Assembly (NCBI GenBank): GCA_964626365.1
Contig: CAZVDL010000005.1
Coordinates: 3,075 to 67,074 of the forward strand
Direction of reading: 5' to 3'
Origin: an uncultured Nitrososphaerota archaeon
GTDB taxonomy: Archaea > Thermoproteota > Methanomethylicia > Nezhaarchaeales > B40-G2
DNA length: 64,000 bases
Position 1 is the first letter of the stretch, and every line of letters starts with the position of its first letter. The notes beneath the pieces are model-generated. The model saw nothing but the letters and a program-made list of their open reading frames with translations. It did not search any database and was not told where the DNA came from. The position numbers were made by a program, and so were the translations under genes. Shown piece by piece: positions 25,892-32,937 of this stretch.

Positions 25892-27283
25892 ATGTCGGTG
25901 AAGGCTGTGGAAAGCCTGTTTGAGGCCCTCTTCGCCTTAATCGACCTTAGGCAGCTGTTCAGGGAGACGAAGCCTAGCTACAGGTTTAACGAGGACCAGA
26001 GGGCTAAGGCGTTAAACAGCATTGAGAGAGCTAGACGCTGTCTAGACCTGCTTGAGGAGTTCGTCAAGGAGCCAAGGCCCTCGGACACCGAGTTTTCCAT
26101 GTACCTAGCTGATAAAGTGGAGGTTAGGGCTAGGGAGGAGCTCTTCGTCAACATCGACCCCATTCAGCCAGGAGGTAGGTTAACGGCTGAGGCTATGAAG
26201 GCGCTGATAGCCTACGGCGACGGCTACTCCACCTGCGACTGGTGCATGAAGCCCTTCAGGCTTGACACCATTAAGCGCCCCCCTCTGGCCGAGTTCCACG
26301 CCGAGCTAGCCGAGTTCCTAGGGATGGACGAGGCCAGGCTTATGCCTGGGGCTAGGAGAGCGTTCCAAGCGGTCACCTCAACTCTCCTTGAGAGAGGGGA
26401 CGTAGCGCTGGTCTCCTCGCTAGCTCATTACACCGAGGTGTTAGCAGTTGAGGAGGCTGGAGGAGTTGTCAAGGAGGTCCCGGTTAACGAGAAGAACGTG
26501 TTGACTGGCGAGGCCGTCGAGGCCAAGATAGAGGAAGTGAAGAGGGAGCTCGGTAAGCCACCTAAGCTGGTCATAGTCGACCACTTCGACTACGTGTACG
26601 GGAACGAGCACGACGTTAAAGGGGTCGTGGAGGCTGCCCACCGCTACGACGTCCCAGTGCTATGTAATGGCGCCTACTCAGTGGGCATCATGCCGGTGAA
26701 CGGGAGGGAGCTAGGCGTCGATTTCCTCGCGGGTTCAGGTCATAAGAGCTTCGCCTCCCCAGCACCCTCAGGGATCTTAGCTACCACCGAGGAGTGGGCT
26801 AAGAAGGTGTTTAGGCGCTCGAGTACGGTCTGCGACGTAACCGGCAGGCGCTTCGACAATAAGGAGGTGGAGCTGCTAGGGTGCACGTTGATGGGAGCGG
26901 TGGCCATAGCTATGATGCTGAGCTTCCCCCACGTCAAGGAGAGGGTTAAGAGGTGGGGGGAGGAGGTGGAGAGATCTAACTTCTTCGTCAAGGAGTTCAT
27001 GAAGATAGAGGGGTGTAGGATCCTAAGCGAGCTCCCAAGGAAGCACACCTTAACCTACGTAGACACCACCGAGAGCTTCGACAAAGTGGCCAGGACGCAT
27101 AGGCGTAGAGGGTACTTCCTCTTCGACGAGCTGGTTAAGCGGAGGGTTATAGGGGTGTTCCCTGGCTCCACGAGGAGGTGGAAGCTCAACGTGTACGGCT
27201 TAACGTGGGATCAGGTTAGGCACGTAGCCTGGGCCTTCAAGGACATCGCCAGGAGCTACGGGCTTAAGGTTGAGGAGTCCTAG
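25892..27283 (+). CDS. PLP-dependent SepCysS/SepSecS-like (COG1103) enzyme, a possible sulfur-mobilising transferase.
   Basis: A GSGHKSFASPAPSGIL PLP-lysine motif resembling the archaeal Sep-tRNA:Cys-tRNA synthase family. No SepRS gene lies in the window. It is transcribed divergently from the thiolation operon. Confidence 0.55.
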   Translation: MSVKAVESLFEALFALIDLRQLFRETKPSYRFNEDQRAKALNSIERARRCLDLLEEFVKEPRPSDTEFSMYLADKVEVRAREELFVNIDPIQPGGRLTAEAMKALIAYGDGYSTCDWCMKPFRLDTIKRPPLAEFHAELAEFLGMDEARLMPGARRAFQAVTSTLLERGDVALVSSLAHYTEVLAVEEAGGVVKEVPVNEKNVLTGEAVEAKIEEVKRELGKPPKLVIVDHFDYVYGNEHDVKGVVEAAHRYDVPVLCNGAYSVGIMPVNGRELGVDFLAGSGHKSFASPAPSGILATTEEWAKKVFRRSSTVCDVTGRRFDNKEVELLGCTLMGAVAIAMMLSFPHVKERVKRWGEEVERSNFFVKEFMKIEGCRILSELPRKHTLTYVDTTESFDKVARTHRRRGYFLFDELVKRRVIGVFPGSTRRWKLNVYGLTWDQVRHVAWAFKDIARSYGLKVEES

Positions 27284-27353
27284 TAGGCTCTAACCTTAAG
27301 TAGCTCAGCTACACGGTGGGTTAAAGGACGTTTAGGTGGGCTGAGAGGCCAAG

Positions 27354-27944
27354 GTGAATAGCTTGAAGGTGGGGGTCATAGGGAGAAAGCTGATGATGAA
27401 GGGGGAGTTCGTAGAGCTAGTACTCAAGGGTATAAAGAAGACCACGATCAGGCTTGGCCTCGTTAAGCCGAAGCATAAGGTCGTCATCCTGCACGGAGGA
27501 GGCAAGGACGTAGCTAAGGTGAGGATAACTAAGGTCGAACACAAGAGGGTTAAGGACCTTACTGAGGCTGACGCTCGGCGAGATGGTTTCAACAGCCTCG
27601 AGGACCTACTGAAGGCGCTAAAGAGGGTTTACGGTGCCATAGACCCCAACGAACCGGTCACCATAATAGGCTTCGAGGTGCTAAATCTTCTAGACGAGAA
27701 GCCCCACGACATCATATCGCCGGCCGAGGTGGCCAGGGCTACCCTAGATAGCGGCATAGAGCTCTCCAGCGAGGAGCGGAGGGTGTTGAGCGAGGTAGCT
27801 AGGAAGGGGAGCATAAGGAAGGCCGCGGTGGCCCTATACGGCGACGTGAGCAGGAGGTGGCTTGTTAGGAGGGTGTTGAGGAAGGCCTTAAAGGCCTTAG
27901 CGGAGAGAGAGTTAAAGGGCGAAGTTAAGGGCGGAGAAAGCTAG
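27354..27944 (+). CDS. ASCH-domain (PUA-like RNA-binding) protein with a basic C-terminal extension.
   Basis: An N-terminal ASCH-like beta-barrel signature (GIKKTTIR, YG) and a C-terminal K/R-rich helical tail. Confidence 0.55.
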   Translation: MNSLKVGVIGRKLMMKGEFVELVLKGIKKTTIRLGLVKPKHKVVILHGGGKDVAKVRITKVEHKRVKDLTEADARRDGFNSLEDLLKALKRVYGAIDPNEPVTIIGFEVLNLLDEKPHDIISPAEVARATLDSGIELSSEERRVLSEVARKGSIRKAAVALYGDVSRRWLVRRVLRKALKALAERELKGEVKGGES

Positions 27945-27956
27945 GAGGGCCTGGCC

Positions 27957-28241
27957 TTGAAGGTGAGGGCCCACGTCTTCATAAGTGGAAGGGTTCAGGG
28001 AGTTTTCTTTAGGGCTTGGACTGAGGACGAAGCGGTCAAGAGAGGGTTGACTGGATGGGTGAGGAACCTAGCTGACGGCAGGGTGGAGGCCGTGTTTGAG
28101 GGTGATAAGGAGGCCGTAGAGGAGATGGTTAAGCTATGTTGGAAGGGCCCCCCTGGAGCTAGGGTCACCAACGTCGAGGTTAAATGGGAGCCCTACACGG
28201 GCGAGTTTACAGACTTCAGGATAATCTACGGGAGATGGTAA
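27957..28241 (+). CDS. acyP: Acylphosphatase.
   Basis: VQGVFFR and GWVRNLADGRVE acylphosphatase signatures. The protein is 94 aa. Confidence 0.85.
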   Translation: MKVRAHVFISGRVQGVFFRAWTEDEAVKRGLTGWVRNLADGRVEAVFEGDKEAVEEMVKLCWKGPPGARVTNVEVKWEPYTGEFTDFRIIYGRW

Positions 28242-28244
28242 GTC

Positions 28245-28526
28245 TCAGCGCCTAAGCACCTCCCTGATTATCTCCAAGAACTTCCTGCTGTATGGGACCT
28301 CGATTTTATAGTAGAGCTCGCAGGGGAAGTCCTCACAGTCCCTTGAACAGTGGTCTACTCCTTTCTTAAGCGCGCACTCTAGGATGGGACATGTGAAGCC
28401 GAGGACTCTCCTCTGCTCCTCAAGCTTACTTGAAGCTTGGCTTCCAGGAGCGCACCCATTTATGGGACAGAGGCTACGGGTCTTGCCGCCACAGACCTCG
28501 CATGCAAGGCCGCAGGCCGACGGCAT
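28245..28526 (-). CDS. Small Cys-rich protein (DUF3795-like).
   Basis: CGLACEVCGG...CP.NGC.....C..C....C..C..C clusters with 13 Cys in 93 aa. Confidence 0.5.
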   Translation of the reverse strand: MPSACGLACEVCGGKTRSLCPINGCAPGSQASSKLEEQRRVLGFTCPILECALKKGVDHCSRDCEDFPCELYYKIEVPYSRKFLEIIREVLRR

Positions 28527-28528
28527 GA

Positions 28529-29191
28529 TTAAATCCTTCGCGTCTTAAAGCTATAAGCCTTGATCGCCTTCTTAGCCGAGAAGGCTAAGGACGTTAACAG
28601 CTTGATGATAGGAGCTAGGCTGTCTGAGCTGATGCAGAGGTCGGCTTCGGCTCTAACCTCCTGGCTCCAGGGGTTGAAGGCTACAGCCACGTCGGACATC
28701 CTAAACATCTCCACGTCCGGCCTCCCATCACCTACGGAGACTAGGAGCGCTGGCCTAATACTTAACCTCTCCAAGAGCCTCCTTAACGCTCCTCCCTTGC
28801 CCCAGTACTCGACGTTGACCTTCACCCCTCCGGTTAAACGGCCCTCCACGACCTCAAGCTCGTTGGCGAGCACATAGTCGAAGCCTAGCTCGGCTAGGGT
28901 CCTCGAGGCTAGCTCCCATATGCCCGTGGTGATGGCTATTAAGGTGTAGCCAAGCTCCTTAAGCCTGCTTAAGTTCCAGGCGCCGCTACGCCACGGTATG
29001 CTCCCTGCCAGCTCAGCTATACGGCTAGCCGACACCCCCCTCCACAGCCCTACGTCTAGCCTAGCCCACTCCAAGTAATCAATAGCTCCTGAAAAGAAAA
29101 GCTCAGCGTGGCGCTTAGCTTGGTCCCACGTGCCTAAAGCCTTATGGTAATACCTCCAAGAGTCCGCTACGGGCGTCAACGTGCCGTCCAC
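28529..29191 (-). CDS. HAD-superfamily hydrolase (phosphoserine-phosphatase-like subfamily). The annotated GTG start falls inside motif I.
   Basis: The translation upstream of the first canonical start reads ..VAVFDVDGTLT (HAD motif I) with no ATG/GTG/TTG before it. HAD motifs II-IV (ITTG, K, GDGRPD) lie downstream. Confidence 0.6.
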   Translation of the reverse strand: MDGTLTPVADSWRYYHKALGTWDQAKRHAELFFSGAIDYLEWARLDVGLWRGVSASRIAELAGSIPWRSGAWNLSRLKELGYTLIAITTGIWELASRTLAELGFDYVLANELEVVEGRLTGGVKVNVEYWGKGGALRRLLERLSIRPALLVSVGDGRPDVEMFRMSDVAVAFNPWSQEVRAEADLCISSDSLAPIIKLLTSLAFSAKKAIKAYSFKTRRI

Positions 29192-29284
29192 GTCGAAGAC
29201 AGCTACGAGGCCGTCCCCTATGCTCTTAACCCCCTGAGAATTAAAGGGTTTATATCTGGGCAGTTTAAGTAGTCTACGAGCCTC

Positions 29285-29953
29285 ATGTATCCTGCCCAGT
29301 GGGCTAGGGAGCGACTACTAACCTCGAGGATACTGAGAAGACTCTCAGAACACATCCCCGGCTTCAAGCACCACGAGCCCGAGGGCCGCATGCTGGCTAA
29401 CGTGGCAGTCAACGACTTCAGGAACTACGTTAAATACAAGCCTCCCTCGCCCAACGTGGACCAAGGCGAGTATGCAGACTGCTGGGCTGAGAGGTGGCTT
29501 GACAAGTGGAGAGAGCGTGTCAAGCTGGTGTTTAGGCCCCAGGACGGTCACGTCTTCGCTAAGCACGAGAAGCTGATTAGGGACACAAGCTTCCTATGGA
29601 GCAGGTTCCCCCACTTAAACGAGGCCTTAGAGCTCGTAGTTGACGCGTTAATCGACGTCGGCGAGATCTGCTTCACCAACCTCCTAGCTGAGAGCACCCT
29701 GCGAGGGGAGCTATTGAGATACAAGCAGCTATGTAGGTCTGACGAGGAGGCGCTGCGGAGGATCCAGGTGGACCCGTTAAAGGTGGTGAAGGAAGCCATG
29801 TACAGGGCTAAGTCGCTGCGCCACGTCAAAGGCCCTCTCGTGTGGCTGAGGGTTGATGAGCACATATGGCGCAGCTCAACGGGCAAGATCGTGGAGGAGC
29901 CTCCAGGGAACGGCGAGGAAGAATGGGAGCAGGCGGTCTTCGGGATCTTTTAG
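29285..29953 (+). CDS. Hypothetical protein.
   Basis: A clean 222 aa ORF with typical codon usage and no recognisable motif. Confidence 0.4.
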   Translation: MYPAQWARERLLTSRILRRLSEHIPGFKHHEPEGRMLANVAVNDFRNYVKYKPPSPNVDQGEYADCWAERWLDKWRERVKLVFRPQDGHVFAKHEKLIRDTSFLWSRFPHLNEALELVVDALIDVGEICFTNLLAESTLRGELLRYKQLCRSDEEALRRIQVDPLKVVKEAMYRAKSLRHVKGPLVWLRVDEHIWRSSTGKIVEEPPGNGEEEWEQAVFGIF

Positions 29954-29977
29954 CCGCGGCCTAAGAGGAGCTCACCT

Positions 29978-30712
29978 TTGAAGAACCCCTCGCTTCCCAA
30001 GATAGACCTTCACATACACACTAACTACTCCGACGGTCTTCCTACCATGGCCGAGGTGGCCAAGGCTGCCAGGCTTAAGAGATTGGCCCTAGCTGGGGTG
30101 GCTGATCACTACGGCTACGCCAAGGGGAGGATGAAGCCTTGGAGGCTAAGGGCCTACCTAGCTGAGGCCGAGGCTGAGGGTTTACTTAAGGGCGTCGAGG
30201 TTGATATATTCGAGGATGGCCACGTAGATCTTGCTGCCTCCGAGAGGCGCCTCTTCGACTACGTGATAGGGGGCGTTCACGAAGTTGCAGGTGTCGCCTT
30301 CTGGGGGGATCCCTCGCCTATACCAGACCCTAAGGGCTTCGTGGAGACGGTTAGGGTGGCGGTCATAGAGGCCATAGAGTCTGGCCTCATCGACATCGTA
30401 GCCCACCTCACTTGGCTACCCGAGGACATAAGGAGCGAAGTAAACAGCCTGATTACACCTGACTGGGTGGACAGCGTCGTTAAGGCCGCAGCCTCTAAGG
30501 GCGTAGCGATAGAGGTCAGCGGAGCATGGCTGGTCCCAGACGAGTGGGTGGTTAAGAGGTGTTTGAAGGAGGGTGTGAAGCTGTCTATGGGCAGCGACGC
30601 CCATAGGGTTGAGGACGTAGGCAACCTAAGCTACCCGCTAAGCCTGTTTAAGAGGCTGGGGGTTAAGCTGGAGGACCTGTTTATACCTAGGCCTCTAGCG
30701 CCTGAAGCGTAG
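29978..30712 (+). CDS. PHP-domain metal-dependent phosphoesterase.
   Basis: IDLHIHTNYSDG (PHP motif I) plus a conserved His/Asp pattern (GGVHE, SDAH). Confidence 0.75.
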   Translation: MKNPSLPKIDLHIHTNYSDGLPTMAEVAKAARLKRLALAGVADHYGYAKGRMKPWRLRAYLAEAEAEGLLKGVEVDIFEDGHVDLAASERRLFDYVIGGVHEVAGVAFWGDPSPIPDPKGFVETVRVAVIEAIESGLIDIVAHLTWLPEDIRSEVNSLITPDWVDSVVKAAASKGVAIEVSGAWLVPDEWVVKRCLKEGVKLSMGSDAHRVEDVGNLSYPLSLFKRLGVKLEDLFIPRPLAPEA

Positions 30713-31753
30713 TATGGCAGCTATGCCTCCAAGCGCTTTTAGCTGCCTGTAAGTGTCGTGGAGCGAGCTGAACACCTTAACCTTAGCCCCTAGGCTCTCA
30801 GCCATCTTGACAACCTCCTCCACCCTTCTACGCAGGTCTAGGTCCATGCTCCTTAGAAGCTCGCTGGTCACCAACAGCTTCTCCACGGCTCCCATCCTAA
30901 CTGCGGCCTCCACGTCGCTAAGGGAGTAAGCTACGCGCCTCTCGTCCCTAGCTAGCGTCGACATGAGCTCCTCCATCAACCTCTCCTCCACCACCAGCTC
31001 GTGGTCCCTTAAGACCTTGGTCATCACTCCCCTCTTAATGGCCTCGTAGACCCCGCTAACCCCGCCGGATGACGCGTTCTCCCTGTACACCTTCCCCTTA
31101 AAATCCTTGGACAGCTCGGCGGCCACGTCGTCCTTCACGAAGCCAGGCCCAGCCACCACGACCACATCCACTCCGTGCCTCTCAGCGCTCGACTTGACTA
31201 GGCTGGCGAGCTCCTTAACCTTGGCCTCGAGCTCCCTCCTCCTAGCTTCAGGGTCCCTCTTGCCTGGCAGGTTTAACGTGAACTCCATCAACACCTCGAC
31301 CCCGTAGTCCCTGATGAGCGCTATAGCCGCCTCCTCAGCGTCCACTCCCACCGCCAGCGCCTTGACGCTGGCCCTAGAGCAAGCCTCCTTAACTCTCTTA
31401 AGCGCATGTAGGGGCCACCCATCCTCCTTGTAAACCACCACCTCATCGTTTACGTCTACCGCCACCGTGTGCCGCTGCCCCTCCAAGTCTAGCTCCCTGG
31501 GCCCCTCCACTATGAAGCCATGGACCCTGAGCCTCGTAGTAAAGGGTTGAAACTCAGCCTTCTCGACTCTCAGCGCCACTCTCATCGCCTTACGCCTGCT
31601 CCCTGAGTCGGCCTTGAGCTCCCTCGTGGTCCAGGCCCTAATCACGTCGCCTTTCTCAAGCACGTTGTAAAGAGTCCAGAGGTCGTCCTCGCTCTCCACC
31701 TTAATCTCCAACTCTCTGCCTTTCTCATCCAGGAACCTAGCCTTCAAGGGCAC
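30695..31753 (-). CDS. pelA: Pelota / Dom34 mRNA surveillance factor. The likely start is GTG at 31753; the ORF track extends further to an upstream TTG.
   Basis: An N-terminal EDDLWTLYNVLEKGDVI pelota signature, a central domain and a C-terminal eRF1-like domain. Confidence 0.8.
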   Translation of the reverse strand: MPLKARFLDEKGRELEIKVESEDDLWTLYNVLEKGDVIRAWTTRELKADSGSRRKAMRVALRVEKAEFQPFTTRLRVHGFIVEGPRELDLEGQRHTVAVDVNDEVVVYKEDGWPLHALKRVKEACSRASVKALAVGVDAEEAAIALIRDYGVEVLMEFTLNLPGKRDPEARRRELEAKVKELASLVKSSAERHGVDVVVVAGPGFVKDDVAAELSKDFKGKVYRENASSGGVSGVYEAIKRGVMTKVLRDHELVVEERLMEELMSTLARDERRVAYSLSDVEAAVRMGAVEKLLVTSELLRSMDLDLRRRVEEVVKMAESLGAKVKVFSSLHDTYRQLKALGGIAAILRFRR

Positions 31754-31802
31754 CACTTCAAGCGGTCTACGTAGCTTATAGGCGAGGCCTACATAAACCT
31801 GC

Positions 31803-32570
31803 CTAGCGACCCCCACACGTTGGGCAACGGGGCGACCTCTCGACGAGCAGGTGGTCAAAGGTCATGGTGAGCCCATTGAACACGAGCAGCTTTCCAATTA
31901 AGGCTTCGCCTACGCCCGTCAACAGCTTTATAGTCTCCACCACTTGGAGGGCTGCCATGACGGCTGGAGTGGCCCCAAAGACTGGGATGGGCCTAGGCTC
32001 CTTAGGATCCACGGGCACCAGGCAGCGTAGGCATGGACCCTTGCCGGGCACGATTGTCATGAGCCTGCCCTCGAAGCCCCGCACGCCAGCGTAGATGAAA
32101 GGTTTGCCCAGCCTCACACAGGCCTCGTTAACCATGAACCTGGTCCTGAAGTTGTCTAAGCCGTCGACAACCACGTCGGCCTCCTTAACTAGGCCTTGAA
32201 CGTTGTCCTCATCGACCCTAGCGGCTACGGCCTCGACCTTGACCTCGGGGTTTAGCTGGCGGAGCTTCTCAGCGGCTGAATCCACCTTAAGCCTGCCGAG
32301 GTCCTTGGTCCAATGGAGCACCTGCCTATTGAGATTGCTTAGCTCAACCGCCTCGCTGTCAACTATGATAAGCTTACCAACTCCAGCGGCAGCTAGATAC
32401 ATGGACGACGCGCTGCCTAAGCCCCCTACGCCCACTACGAGGACCGTGGCGTTCTTCAGTTTAGCCTGGCCTTCAACGCCGAAGCCGGGTATACGTATCT
32501 GCCTATCATACCTCTCGAGCTCGTGGACGGTGAACTGTAAGCCTCGGCTTGTCTCCGAGCGAATGTTCAT
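31803..32570 (-). CDS. moeB: MoeB/ThiF/UbaA-type E1-like adenylyltransferase.
   Basis: ELERYDRQIRIPGFGVEGQAKLKNATVLVVGVGGLGS (Rossmann GxGxxG) and C-terminal CLRC...CPTCG zinc-binding cysteines. Confidence 0.85.
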   Translation of the reverse strand: MNIRSETSRGLQFTVHELERYDRQIRIPGFGVEGQAKLKNATVLVVGVGGLGSASSMYLAAAGVGKLIIVDSEAVELSNLNRQVLHWTKDLGRLKVDSAAEKLRQLNPEVKVEAVAARVDEDNVQGLVKEADVVVDGLDNFRTRFMVNEACVRLGKPFIYAGVRGFEGRLMTIVPGKGPCLRCLVPVDPKEPRPIPVFGATPAVMAALQVVETIKLLTGVGEALIGKLLVFNGLTMTFDHLLVERSPRCPTCGGR

Positions 32571-32851
32571 CCCCCACCCAAGGAGACCTCTATGAGGTCC
32601 GATATTATGACCCTGTCACCGTCCTTCAACTTGCGGTCCAGCTTGAACACAAAAGCGTTGTTGACTATCAACGCTACGTCGCGGCTGACCTCTCCACTTC
32701 GACCCGCTATGTCCTCGAACAGGTCATCGTACCTAGAGGCTAAGGCTGAGATCAAGTCCTTTAAGCTAGCTCCTTCGGGCAGCTCCTCAATTAGCTCCTT
32801 TTCGCCGGCGACCTCCCTGAAGGCGCCAGCCAGCACCACGGTAATCTTCAT
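32567..32851 (-). CDS. moaD: MoaD/ThiS-type sulfur-carrier protein ending in Gly-Gly(-Gly). Its ATGA overlap with moeB suggests translational coupling.
   Basis: A 94 aa beta-grasp-like sequence ending ..LIEVSLGGG*. It sits immediately upstream of moeB. Confidence 0.7.
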   Translation of the reverse strand: MKITVVLAGAFREVAGEKELIEELPEGASLKDLISALASRYDDLFEDIAGRSGEVSRDVALIVNNAFVFKLDRKLKDGDRVIISDLIEVSLGGG

Positions 32852-32937
32852 AGCCTCACGCCTATAGGAAGTCCACGTGACGTTAATTAAAGCTCTGCTC
32901 CTAAAGACCTTTTAGCCCTAGGCCTTAGACCTTTACT

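Noticed and set aside
29218-29412. A 64-aa minus-strand ORF overlapping the HAD upstream region and the start of the 29285 gene.
   Set aside because: It lies in a different frame from the HAD continuation, overlaps a plus-strand gene and has no motif. Probably a spurious shadow ORF.
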